Positions 48,431 to 61,400 of a DNA stretch of 64,000 bases are shown here, piece after piece. The position numbers and the translations under genes are program-made. Source of the DNA: Takakia lepidozioides (Eukaryota; Plantae; Bryophyta). The notes under the pieces are model-generated. The model was not told the origin of the DNA, searched no databases, and was given only the letters and a program-made list of their open reading frames with translations. The stretch covers positions 2,480,001 to 2,544,000 of the forward strand of contig CM060733.1 of NCBI GenBank assembly GCA_030704615.1, read 5' to 3'. Every line of letters begins with the position of its first letter. Positions within the stretch are counted from its first letter, which is position 1.

Positions 48431-50530
48431 TTAGACATAATTAGTCCAAGCCTTCCTGGGTTTTGGAAAAAATACAAGCAAGTTCTTTGTATAGAGGGAG
48501 AGGGAGAGAGGGAGAGATGAGGGAAAGAAAAAAGGAACTGGTCGGTTAGAAAGGAACTGGATGTACCGTGTGTAAGAAAAAGGCAACATCCTTCTCTTAT
48601 CATATTTCCGGAACTGAAATAAACCAGTATCGGGATCCAGCATACTGATCTGTACATTCATAAAACAAGCTTCCATACCAGTGTAAGGTGTACCATCCTT
48701 GGTTCTTAATAACTCTGGTTTAATTTCCAGTACATTTAGTGGGTAATCCCACCATGGGTTTAAGCCATTTCTGTCCGTAGAAGGATCAAGAAATAGCTTA
48801 GCATCACCAACATTCAGCCAGCATATGTCATCAATGTACCGGAAGGCTGATTTGAATTTAGCCATAAGCTGGAACTGTCCTAGAGCAGCCAAACAGAGGA
48901 TGAATCTCAGTTCATAGGACAAAAAGTAATTGTTACACCATAGAGGAGATCAGGCAAAACCCATGGGTATGCCAGAAACTTGTTGCCAAACTCGATCCCC
49001 CAAAGCAACAAAGCAGTGAGTCATCAACCACTTGTGGAGCCCAAGCAATCTAGCTTCGGAGAGCTCAATCCACATACCGATTTTAGGCGAGGAGGGTCCC
49101 CACCTACATTTCCCGAAGGTGTCTTTCCTGGCTGGAATCCATAGTGAGTGGTTGGATCGAGGGTGGGCAATGTGGTATTGCCGGAAGGCAATCTGAACCA
49201 CGTATTCGATGGCGGCACCCAAATTATCTTCACCTATCAAAGGTATGTTTTCGTAACATTGAGTGATGTCAGCGACAAACACGTCATAGATCTTTGCAGG
49301 TAGATTCAGAGTAAAATCAGAGATGCTGTCTATTATCCAGTACATGGAAGTGGACACTTTGAAAAAATTCTCATAAGTATCAAGTCGTGCCTTGACCCAT
49401 TCCTTTACCAAAGGCAATAGGTCCATGGTGGCACGTGTCAATAGACAGGCAAGTTCGCTGAAAATACAATTGTGGGCATTGGTAATCCAGCAGTACTTCT
49501 TTTTGTGTAGTTTGTAAATTCCCATCATCTAGGGGAGGTTACATGCCACTGCTGGTATTTCAGGTAGCAACTTCTGTAAATCTTCAGAAATGCTTACCAA
49601 TACAGAATCAGTTGAAAGCCACACCTCATTTTCATAATAGGGTTTGAAATCTTTACCCATCAGTTGGTGGTATGCTTGAGTTCTTATGTGCTTCACACAC
49701 ATAAAACATACATTGTTGTTAGCCTTGTCAAGTCCAGACATGTACAAGTGAGAAAGAAGCCATGCTAGTTCATCCCGTGCTTCTTGCACTAAAAAAGGAT
49801 TTCTTTCATGGTGATTGAAACGGCCGTTACGCCTGCTAGCTTTTTGTTTCAGTCTGTCCCAGCATGATTTTTTCAGCCATAAGCTGCAAGGTGACACCCA
49901 ATCCTCACAAGTATCTACTTGTAGAATATTACATGTCATGAAAAAAACAGAGCGGACTTGTTCAACCACATCCTTCAGCAATGTGCGTTTGAGAGGAATG
50001 TGATGCATACCTAGGCTGAACATTGCTTTCAAACAGTCGTGTCTGATGATGTTAAGATCCATGGTACGTACATGTTGTTTGTGCATAGAGCCAGGTAGTT
50101 GGAACTCTGTTTTGGTAGCCTCATCACCAAACGCACGAAACATGTTTGTGTTGTCACAGATGCATTCTGGTGACATAATCAGATCTTGCAAGAATTTGAA
50201 ATCATGGAAAACAACAGCAGGCTGGTAGAATTCAGTACTGCATTGTTTATGATAGGTCCAACCAAATACAATCTCATCAACAAGGAGAGCAAGGTCATGT
50301 TGGCCATGAGCAATCATTGCTTCCTTAATCATGTTTTTAGGGCTTATCCATTCCATACCTCGGTTGGCGTATAGCATATGTACGAATCCCAAGGGGTAGG
50401 TTTTGCCGCATGAGTAATGAATTTCCTGCCATGGGCGTGGGTTTCAATCAGTCTGTAGCTGTCCTCCAAGATGTTTAGAGTCGGAGAATCCTCCAGAACT
50501 TCAGAATCCAGCCCTTGCAGAAGTCCCTTG
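48431..50530 (-). mobile_element. Penelope-like retroelement RT, degenerate
   Basis: GLDKANNNVCFMC; IYKLHKKKYCWIT; ADITQCYENIP; WQQVSGIPMGFA*SPLW; FRYIDDICWLN; KYDKRRMLPF. Confidence 0.8.
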
Positions 50531-50594
50531 GGGTGACTTATGACAGCCAGCGTTGCTGGAATTGGTGGAGGTCAGGGACTGATACACCAAGAAA

Positions 50595-52130
50595 GCTTGA
50601 TCGTCATCCTTCCCACCCAAGAGGTTCTATGCTGGACAACTGCCAGTATTTTATGGTTGGGTCGTGTTGGTGAGTATTCACGTGCAGTTCGTGCTCTGGC
50701 ACCTTTCACTTCTGCACCACCTTCTTCAGACACTGTTGCCACTTTGGAGGCCCTTCATCCCCTATCTGAGCACATTCTTCCAGTTTTTGTCGATGATTTT
50801 GAGCCGGATCAAGATGACTGCTTCAATCCCAGGACTCTGCTAGTGGCTTTTCCCAACTCTTTCAGGTTTGTTCTCATATTACCAATGGTCGCATACCTAC
50901 TTAAATGGCACGTCTCATTGGGGCATCACAACTCTTGGCTATGTCCAAACACACTGGTGCTGGCATACGTCCTATTGCCGTGGGTGAGGTTATCTACCGT
51001 CTTGTTACCCGCTCTCTCTGTCTTTAGTATTGGGATGCATTCTCCGCCCACCTCTTTCCACGTCAATTTGGTGTTGCCACTCTAGGAGATTGCAAAGCTG
51101 TCGTACATGGGATCCGCGCCACACTTGACCCTCATGACTGGGTTGTTCTTCAAGTCGACGTCACCCACGCCTTCAACACTGTCTCACGTGCTGCCATCTT
51201 TCAGAAGCTCCGTTCTGCTGGAGGTGACTTTCATTAGCTTATCCATGTTATCAAACTATTCTATGCGTATGGTGCTCCCCTCTTTTACAGTCATCATTCT
51301 CGCACATGCGACTACAACATCATAAAGTCGGAGGTGGGAACTCGTAAAGGTGATCCATTAGGGGGTCCTCTTTTTGCCATGGGACATGTTTGCTCTTACT
51401 TCATCTGCACAAGCATGTCATTCTTGTCTATTCCCTTCTGTTGCAGATGACACCCACATCGTCAGTCCGACATCCGAGGTCCTCCCGGCTTACAGTCATT
51501 TCATCACCCAGTTGCACTCTTTGGGGCTCTCGGTTCAACCTCGCAAGTGTGTCATGTGGTCTCCATCCAGTTCACCATCCGACTTTTCACCACCTGCCTA
51601 TTTCCTCACACCATCCGACGACATCTGAATCTTGGGCGTTCCTTTTGGCATCACCTCATTCACTTCAACTTTCCTGGAAAACGCACTTCAAGATGACCTA
51701 TGAGCTCCTTCCTTGGCTTGGGGATCTATATGTAGTCTATGGTATTCTCACAAGGTGTTTCATTCAACGACCATCGTACCTTTTACGGGCTTTTCCACCG
51801 ACCGATGAATTCCTTCAATCTCTATTGCAGTTTGATGCTCACACGACCTACCATCACGCCGTTTCGTTTGTCGTTGCCAATCTTTGCCCTAATCATTCGG
51901 GGAGTTTATAAGTCATTTTGCTCTTATCATGGAAGAATCTGATCAGCCATCGATCCACTTGCTATTCATCTCCTAATTCGTTGTCCATGTGAAAGAGACC
52001 GTACAACGACTCATGATGTTATGCGGGACCCCGTCGCTTCTGTTGCTCGAGAGGCTAGATTCCATGTATTGCGGGAGCAAACTCACATGCTTCCCTCTCG
52101 CACGCCTCACTACAACAAATTGCGGCTTTT
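50595..52130 (+). mobile_element. CRE-like (RLE-type) non-LTR retrotransposon fragment, RT to Zn finger
   Basis: Frameshifted GIRPIAVGEVIYRLV; QFGVA; VLQVDVTHAFNTVSR; GTRKGDPLGGPLFA; SVADDTHIV; IRCPC...THDVMRD. Confidence 0.8.
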
Positions 52131-52309
52131 ACGACTCTGTGTTATGACTGCAAATGCAGTTATGAAAGCCATTTACGACTTCATGACTCTGCTGTCGTAA
52201 AACCCTAGTCAGTTGTGGCATGGCAGATATGACTCGCCAGCCTGGCTGTGACGTGGCGCCTGAGCAGCTGTGGGGGTAGTCATACACGCTGGCTTTATTG
52301 AATGACCCA

Positions 52310-55300
52310 TGACCATCTATCCATGCAGGTTTCTTGTAGCTATCCTTCCACAGGGAATCATCGGTAATCTGGAGCTTGAAATCTGGCTCTCTTGGATGAT
52401 CTGGACCCACACTCCATCCCTGCTCCTTCAGCTATCCATGCCTCTGCACAGATCATGCATATATCCTTGCATTGCTGTTAGCAGCTGAAAATGACAGCCT
52501 ACACTTGTTCCAGCAAACACCCAACTCAATGTATCACACTAGTTCCTATTCTCAATTGCATCTGCTACTCTATGTAATCCAACAGGCATTTACCTTTTTG
52601 CCTCGGTTGTCCCACCATTGACTGGGGTCAAAAAAGTATTCATTCCACAGCTTTCCCCCATCTCCGTTAACTATTTTTTGATACTTTCCTGTTGTCACAT
52701 TGGCAATATCATGTCAAAGTCACTCCAAACTAGATTCACTCAACCAGCTAACTTGCAGACATTGAAATTTAGGGCCGGTTCTGATAAGAGGGGAAAACAG
52801 GGTGAAATGTGTTGAAGAAGGTGCATTTATTAGCAGTGCTTGATTTTATCAATTGTGCCGCTACTCCTGCAGCTTCCAGTTCACCATCTACCCATGCGGG
52901 TTTCTTATAGCTATTGATCCACAGGTAATCATAGGTAATCATGTGCTTGAAATCTGGCCCTCTTGGATGAATCTGGACCCATACTCTATCCTGCTCTTTC
53001 AACTATCACTGCTTCTACACAAATCATGCATACTTCCTTGCCTTGCAGCTGATAATGACAGCCTAGATTTGTTCTAGGAAACACCCAACTCAGCTTATCA
53101 CGTGCTAGTTCCTATGCTGAATTGCGTCTGCTCTCTATAATCTAACAGGCATTAACCTTTTTCCCTCGGTTGTCCCACCATTGACTGGGGTTGGAAAAGT
53201 ATTCATTCCACAACTTCTCCTCGTTTCTGTGACCTGTTTCTGGATACTTTCCTGTTGTCACATTGGCAGTATCATGTCAAAGTTCAGATTGACATCTAGT
53301 ACAATTCCAGCTTGGACGATGTTACCACGAACCTCTTTGCTATTTTGCAGGGCTGCCAGGCTTGCACACATGTTGCAAATGTAACAAACGCGATGTGGTT
53401 GCGCTGCAGTATCCCTTCCCACACCACTTGCTCATAGACTTCTCCAAAGGGCCTCCATCCCGCGCCGCTGTTGTGCATATCCTGGGATCATCATCCTCCA
53501 TGCACCCCAATTTGGCATACAAGTCCACAAGGGCATAGTTCAGAACAACATTTGTTTAATTCCAACTTGGACGATGTCATCACAAACCCCGTCTTCACTC
53601 ATTGCGTACTCTAGTTAAGTGCAATTATGGGCTAGGCTGGTACCACATCTCATTCAGCCATATTATCAAAACAGCCATGTATCCTTGTAGTTGCACCCTG
53701 CAACCTTGGCATACATGTCCACTACGGCAACGTTCAGAATCACATCAGATACAATACCAGCTTTGACAATATCACCGTGGACCTCTGTACCCTTTTCCAG
53801 GGCTGCCAGGCGTGCATTTGACATACATATCCACCAAGGCAGTGTTTAGAGTGACATCTAGTGGTACAATTCCAGATTTGATGATGGACCTTTGCGTCCT
53901 TTCCAGGGCTACCAGGCTCGCATTTGACATACATGTACACCAGGGGAATGTTCAGAATGACATCAGGTACAATTCCAGCTTTGATGATGTCACCATGAAC
54001 CTCTTGGCCCCTTCCCAGGGCTGCTAGGCTCGCATATGCATATTAACAAACACAAATGAACATGACCTAGTTTGGCTTCATCCTTTCCCACATCATTTGT
54101 TCTTAGGTTTCCAAAGCCGTACTCCCACACCTATGCTACACACACCTTACAATCATGGCAGTCCACAACACCACATCTCATTTAGCCATGTTGTCGAACT
54201 CTCCTTTTGCATCAGGCTTGTTGCACCCACATTTGGCATACATATCCACTAGGGCAGTGGTCAGAATGACAACTAGTACAATTTCAGCTTTGACGATGGC
54301 ACATGGCCAAGAGATATCCCAATATCCCGCCACCAATGGGTTCAATGCATACTCTTATCACATTGGCAGTATCATGTCAAAGTCACTCCAACTAGATTCA
54401 CTCAACCAGCTAACTTGCAGAATTCAACATGAAAATTTAGGGCCGATTCTGATAAGAGGGGAAAATAGGGTGAAATGTGTTTCAGAAGGTGCCTTCATTA
54501 GCAGTGCTTGATTTTATCAATTGTGCCGCTGCTGCTGTGGCTTCCAATTGACCATCTACCCAAGCAGGTTTCTTGTATCTATCCTTCCACATGGAATCAT
54601 AGATAATCTGGAGCTTGAAATCTGGCCCTCTTCCACACTCTATCCCTGCTCCTTCAGCTATCTATGCCTCTGCACAAAATCATGCATACATCAATCATTC
54701 CAACAAACACCCCCAACCCTACTTATCAATGAGCAACGAGCTAACTTACATAATTCAATATGCATCTCAGGGCCGAGTCTGATGAGAGGGCAAAACAGGC
54801 TGAAATAGGTCGAAGAAGAACCCATAGAACCCATGGAGGATTTGACTGACCATGAACCCAAGAGGACCTCTTCAGTGTGCTGCTTGTTTCTGTAGTCAGG
54901 TAATGTCGGATTGGTCTGTGAGAACCACCACGGTGCAGCTGAGTGGGTAGAGGATTTGACCGACCATCAACCCAAAAGGACCTCTTGTGTGTGCTGCTTG
55001 TGTCTTGTAGTCAGGTAATGTCGGATTGGTCTGTGAGAACCAGCACGGTGCAGATGAGCAGGCAGAGATTGAAACACGGCCTGCTAAGACCAAGCTGACT
55101 CTCCCAAGAACCTTGAAACATCAGGAAGAATACCAAATCATGGTACTAACAGGAGCCAACAACCCACATTTGCAGGATGGACAAACTTCTTCACATCGTA
55201 CATTAAGGAAAAGCCACACCTTGCCATTGCGGTTGTCGCACCATCGTGAAGGATCTTTAAAAATCTCATGCCAGCTCTGCTCCGTGCTGCAAATGAAGGG

Positions 55301-55400
55301 CCGAGTTTGATGAGAGGGCAAAACAGGCTGAAATAGGTCGAAGAAGAAGGTGCCCTCACCACATTGTCCTCGACACGGTCTGCTAAGACCAAGCTGACTC
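52310..55400 (-). pseudogene. Shuffled, duplicated PLS/E-class PPR gene debris
   Basis: Repeated LVDMYVKC / LVDMYAKCG / VDLYAKLGCMED motifs and E-domain-like YKKPAWIDG. Blocks recur at 52310, 52870 and 54350, and at 54770 and 55298. Confidence 0.55.
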
Positions 55401-55650
55401 TCCCAAGAACGGCGAGCTCCCAGCCAAAACCTCCTCGCACACATACCCTAGCGTTTCCAGGGTTGCTTGCTTCAGATGCGAAGGTTGCTCCAACTCCGGC
55501 CTCCCATGCATGTTTGCCTTCCCTCCCGCTCGCTCTAAGTCCCAGCCCTCTCTCTCTATCTCCCTCCCTCCCGCTCACTCTAATTCTATTCATGGCTACC
55601 GTGATGGGCAACTTTTTAAGTTTTTTAACCTTCTTGCAAACCCTATAAGC

Positions 55651-55860
55651 AATTTTTTGATTTTTTGATTTTGATTTTTTTAAAGGAAGCCTCAGGGCCT
55701 TGAGGAGGGGGAAAAATTAACCCCCTTTCATTTGGGCCATGAGACCTACAGGACGATCAATGCCCAAACATATCGTCACGAACAATCCCACACACGGGGC
55801 AGGGCAGCGGATTTGAACCCCGAACCATCGGGGCGACGCACTGTGCACCTCCAGCCGATG
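55651..55860 (-). mobile_element. tRNA-derived SINE, copy 2
   Basis: B-box GGTTCAAATCC on the minus strand, the same body as 10655-10885, and an A-rich (aaaaatc)n tail. Confidence 0.7.
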
Positions 55861-56909
55861 TGTTTTTTTCAAATCTTTTGCACTTTGATTTTTTTTTAAA
55901 ATAAATCATTCTAGTGGTTAGAGTCTCCGACATTTTTTCAAAATTTAAATACTGATATATTATGTATATAACCAGAAAAGCATGTGTCGACACGTGCAGT
56001 CATGTAGTGATTCATCCATGTGATGATCTGGCAGAATGCATTAGAGTGAGAGTCGTGAAGTCATATGTCCGTCTAGCAATTTGCGCACTACGGTGGCCTC
56101 ATGGTGTTGAAGGTCACCCATTATGGCCAGCCCAACTATGAAAGGGGATAATTGGGTTGACAAGTTACTTCATGTGTGGGTACTTCTGTGTCCTTGGTGG
56201 AGGGTTGGGCAACCACAATGCCCAGATTTCAGTCGGTAGAACGTCACCTTCCAAACATAAGGCCATAAGTTATGCTAAGTTTTCATTCTTCTTTTCTTTT
56301 AACTTCCGAAGAAATGGAATGATGGGACTATGGACACCCACTTCTCATGCAGAGTCCACCATCAAGTATTAAACAATGCTTTGCAAAACTCTGGTGTAAC
56401 TAGTGTGCAAATGTGTGTTTCAATTTCATACTACTGCTATAAGTGTTTGGAACATGTGACAACAAATTCTTGAGCTGAGATGTCGTCCAGACTGCTAGAT
56501 AAACAATTCGACCGCCCACATCTAAGGACAAGGCCACATTCCCTCAGAACTGTGTATGTGATTAGTGCCTTCCAGGAATACTCCCCTGAAATCTATCACA
56601 AAAGGACCATCTTGCTCATTGCTTTTGTTTTTTTGTCTAATTTCAAATACATTTACAATGCTCTTTGCAAGGTAGCATAGTATCCACCCCTACATCTTCC
56701 AACTTGATGTCACACATGGAGCATGGCAACTCAATCAATAGAATTATCTATTGAAGATCTCTGAATAATGATGAAACCCTGTAAAGCTTTATTTACAAAC
56801 AAACATGAGGTAACTGTACAAAGGATGGAAAGTTCCCATAGCAAGGGAAGAGTTAACATAAAAAAATGAAAAAGAAAGTGTAGCAAGCCAAACAAACCAA
56901 ATGGTCATC

Positions 56910-57400
56910 CTATTTAACTGCCTGAATCACATCAGACAAAGAAATGGGTGTGACATGGGGAAGGGCAGAAAGATGGGACGAAGTCATGCGAGCTACAGTA
57001 GCCCGATGCAAGATGGACATGGCCTGCGCCCTATGTAAAGCTACATAAACTCGTTGTCTATAGAAAGCTACGAAGATGGAAGCATGGGGAATGCCATTGA
57101 TCTTGTTCTGAGCAGCATGATGAGCACAAGTACGAAGAAAGTCGTCGAATTGACGATGAAAACATCCAAAGATCTCCATGCAGCCAGTGGAAGGAACGCA
57201 TCTAAAGGATGATGGTCTTGATAGTCTCGTTGCTTGGTCTGTGCAGTAATCAAAGCGGCAGTGCCTTGGGAAGAGGCCGATCGAGGAAGTAAGTCGATCG
57301 AGTAGGATCGGCAATGATAACATCTGCAACGGTACGCAAACCATCTCGAGATAAGACGATGTCGACGCACCGACGAGAGGACTGACACTACAACATATTG
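56910..57400 (-). mobile_element. 3' end (restriction-like endonuclease) of a CRE-like non-LTR element
   Basis: VDIVLSRDGLRTVADVIIADPTR...EIFGCFHRQFDDFL...FYRQRVYVALHRAQA. Confidence 0.7.
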
Positions 57401-57993
57401 CGGCTTTTATGACTTCCATGGCTGCGCAGTCATGATAGATTTGTGGCAGAAATGCCATTTGAAGTCGTAGATGCCTTTTGAAGTCATAACGCAGGTCCGG
57501 GGAAGGCGTATATACGATTGCATGACTCCGGACTCTGCGCAACAAGAGTAATAGAGAGGCAGATTAACAGTCCATGCTACCATGCACTCAGAACACAGTA
57601 TAAGTATGTGCTGTTTGTTCCACTGTTGCCCTTTCGAGAGGACAAATGAACTTACTCGTACACTCCATTCGAAACCTGGACAACCCTCCTCCCTGACCTT
57701 CAAAGATTGTTAACCCAAAAACAGAAGAACAGGAAAGCCCCATAGGGCAAAATGGGGCATTTGCGTGGTGGGGAGAGTAGGTGATCTTTGTTGAAAATGT
57801 TTCCATTTTCTGATGAATCTCAGAAACGGAGTCACATGGATCTTTGCTTGGAAAAATCACAGAACAATTTGGACTTGTCCCCTGCAACATGCAGTTGGGA
57901 AGGATGGTGAAGGAGTCACGGAGTTGGAAGGTAAGCATGCAAGCAAGTCAAAGAATGGGCGTCTGATCTTCATGCGGTGGCAGTGGCAGCTTC

Positions 57994-58116
57994 AACGTGG
58001 ACGTGGCATGCGAGATACATCTTACGTGGAGGCTACGTGTCGCGTCTGTCTATCTTGTCTTGGTCCTCTGGACCCACCACCTATGCGAGCTCCCTTCTCT
58101 GTGGGTAGTTATAAAT
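57994..58116 (+). promoter_or_regulatory. Putative promoter of the BAH gene: four ACGTG (ABRE/G-box-like) cores and TATAAAT
   Basis: acgtgg, acgtggc, acgtgg and acgtgtc within 57995-58041; TATAAAT at 58110-58116, about 330 bp before the ATG. Confidence 0.5.
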
Positions 58117-58442
58117 GTGGAGTAGCGTTTTTGATGTGAGTTTTCCCTAGGTCCCTAGGTCCCAACATCACTGTCTGTGTCTGTTTTCCTAGTGTCGAGT
58201 TTTGGTGGAGTGGGTTTACTCCTCCGGTGCGGAAGTAGTCTCGTGGAAGTTTGGTTTCAATTCGTTAAAGTATTGCATTTGGGTTCATTTCTCCAGAGTA
58301 CGGAGATGATCTGAATTGGTTCTTTGTTTCCAGTCTTGGAAGCTGCGAAGTCACCTGCTTGAGATCTGCAAGGACTGCTACAGTGGCTTGTTTGGGTGGT
58401 TTTGAGAGAGTAGGCGGTTTTCAGAAAGAGATCCGTGTAGGA

Positions 58443-61400
58443 ATGGGAAAGAGGAAGCTGTCGCACGTCAAAGACACAGAAAGTGATGAGAAAGAGGGGA
58501 GTTTGAAAGCTCCAGAGGGAGGGGGCAGTGATGAGGAGACGGCTATGGAGGTGAAGGTCGTCGGGGAAATGCTGAGAAAGTCAGGGAAGGGCAAGTCTGA
58601 ACGTAGGCATTATCAAGCTTTTGAGGTGGATGACTGTCGGTATGATATTGTGAGAATTCAGACCTCAAGACCCTTTCTGTTTGTGTGATTCCCCGTAATG
58701 CGAGATAATTTGGAACTAGACTCATACATGCTGGACAAAGACACGAGTTTTTGGGGGAAAGAGACCTGAGACGATCATTTGGAGAGTGTTTTGGTAAACA
58801 GAGTAGATGTTTCGGCAGTCGTCTTCTTATACAGAAAGTAAGGCAGCCCCATCTTCACAATCCTTGATCGGCAGGTCTTACAAGAAAACCTCGCTAGTAG
58901 CGTATGGATTTAGTATCTTGCGTCTACAAGTTGAGTCTCATCCAACTGGTGAATGGCATGTACTGAGGGCCTAACGGCTGCAAGGTTATAGCATCCTGCA
59001 TTGCACTTAAAATTACTGAACCCTTTCTTTGCCGCTCAAACCTGAGTCACGTCTTATGTGAGGCTGGAGAGCAGCTTGGTCACAACAGTTACTGAAGGCT
59101 TGGCTTGCTTCAGCATTGGGACTTGCACAAGCACCATAAGTAACGACCTTCACAGCAACTAACATACATAGGAGGGTGGCAGTATTAGAGCTTGTGTTGC
59201 ACTGTCCTGACCACTGGAGGAGAGTGTGACGCTTATGACTCGAAGTGGCCTCTCGCTCCACCACCATTGTAGGAATCCTTGCTAATGCCATATCCCAAGT
59301 GCACTTAATGCCAGGCTCTAGGCTGCGGCAAGCCTGTGTTGTCAGGGGGTATGAAACATGCAATCCTCAAAGCAAAGAAAGATTTATCCAGAGTAACAAC
59401 TTGACATTCAAACAAAGTTGTAGATGAGGCAGCACAGATGAGCCATTAAATTTTTTATTTTACACTCTAGCTGATCCATTGGCGTTGTGTGTAGGGGGAG
59501 GTGGCAGTATTTTTAACTGAGATTTGAGTTGTATGCATGAGCTAAACCTTCCAAGATCCTCTGATTCTTGGACAACCTCATGATAGCAGAATGGTCAGCA
59601 TGCGCCTACCATTGATAGTCTTGCAGGATCAGTCCAGGTTTGCATGCTTTCAAGGGCATTTTTTGTTTCTTAAAGGCGTGAAGAGATGTAATGGTGTGTA
59701 AATTTCTTAGTGGTTCATGCCGAACCTGTTTAAAGGGTGGTTTGTCTACATAATACATGTATCATGCTAGTGTGCTGGGTTCCTCCCACTACATTTGCGA
59801 GTTGTGCATAGCAGTAGGTTCTCCATTCTGTTTTTGGAGCTCTATCCACTGGTCACAGGAGTTCCTGTTGAGATGCGCACAAATTCAAATCTGCTCACTC
59901 TCCCTTGAGTTCAAAATACAAAATAATTTCATGGGTATTTGGCCAAGTGCTACTCACTTCTCGAGGTTTCAAAAGCTGACAACTCTTGTTTGCTTGAGGA
60001 TGTTTGCTTTAGGATGGTTGTTGTTGACAACGAAGAGAATGAGCTTATACCAAGTGTATTTGTGTAACTTAGCAGGTCAGTGAGATTGTCTGTCATGTCT
60101 TTGCAAGTTACTGGACTACAGACTGCTTTGTCCAAAATCCTCAACCAATCAAGTTACTTAGTGCCATTATCTTAGGACTAACGCAGCAGTTGTTCGTGTG
60201 TTTCTTTGCAGGACGACCCTGTGTTAGTCACACCCGAGAAGAATGGCCAAAAGCCCTATGTTGCAATCATCAAGGTAAGCCAGCTGGGTGTTGTCACGTC
60301 AGGTCTTTTGCTGGACTACATACCAGGCGAAATGGGTTGCTCTAGGAACTAGGAGGGGGCCTTTGTCTCAGATGCAGAGTCTCACCCTGATTTTGCTTTT
60401 GTCCTCCCAGGAAATTAAACAGACAAGAGATGGGTCGATCCAAGTTACAGGCCAGTGGTTCTACCGGCCCGAGGAGGCTGAGAAGAAAGGTGGGGGCACA
60501 TGGGTATCTACCGACTCCCGCGAGCTTTTCTACAGTTTCCACATTGACGAGGTTCCGGCAGAATCAGTAATGCATAAGTGCCAAGTCTACTTCATTCCTC
60601 CCCAGAAGCAGCTGCCTCTGCGTTCCAAGCACCCAGGTTTTATAGTGCGCCGGGTGTATGATGCATGTGAGAAAAAATTGTTCAATCTCACTGACAAGGA
60701 CTATGAAGATCCAATGCAGAAGGAGATAGACTTGCTTGTACAGAAAACAAGAGATGCATTGGGAGATTTACCCGATGTTGAGGGAGAGGAAACTGTGCCC
60801 ACTGGAGAGGATGAATATGCTGATCCCAAGGCCAAGCGGCAACGGTCTGTGAGGAGGATGACACCTCTTAATGTCAATAGGGAAGATGCACTGGCCATAG
60901 AAATAGGAGGGAAGGTTGAGACTCCACCAGGGAAGTCTGAAACAGTTGGACGGGGCGATACGCCTACAAGCTGTGGAGGGCCAGACCTTGAGGTCTCATC
61001 TCTTTTGCGAACCCATAATGTGCACTTTGGTGTTCATGCACGAGACCGATGGCTGGAGAAGCTTGTCCATACTGTGAGGGATCTCTGTGGAGGAGGTAAA
61101 GGTTTCCGTGTACGAAATGGAGGGGAGGACACTTCAAACAAGGACAACATGAGTGGTCTCACAGAGTTGGATGCAGGTGCGGCTAGCAAGCCTCAGGATG
61201 GAGGTGAAACAGAAGCTTCAAAACAAGGATCAGCTGAGGAAAGTGTCTTGGTAGGTTATGTTCCCCTTGAGCCTACTTGAAAGGTGTGGAATAATAATTA
61301 GCTGGTCTGTTTTGCTGACTCTTCCGATATACCTTTTAGTTTTCTTAACAAACATTCTTGAAACATCACGTGATGCAGACTGCTGTGATGTTCAGAGTGA

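Noticed and set aside
48948-48955. In-frame TGA at a Cys-like position in the PLE RT (GIPMGFA*SP) as selenocysteine
   Set aside because: Land plants lack Sec machinery and the same element has another stop (TAG at 49529) and a broken 3' end, so decay is the simpler explanation. It would only be revived if the TGA is fixed across the family.
54778-54815. Hammerhead-like CTGATGA...GAAA
   Set aside because: Stem II cannot pair, and the paralogous blocks (52780, 54448, 55306) do not conserve the core.
60288-61280. 330-aa ORF as a standalone gene
   Set aside because: It is exon 3 (60411-61250) of the spliced BAH gene plus intronic run-on.
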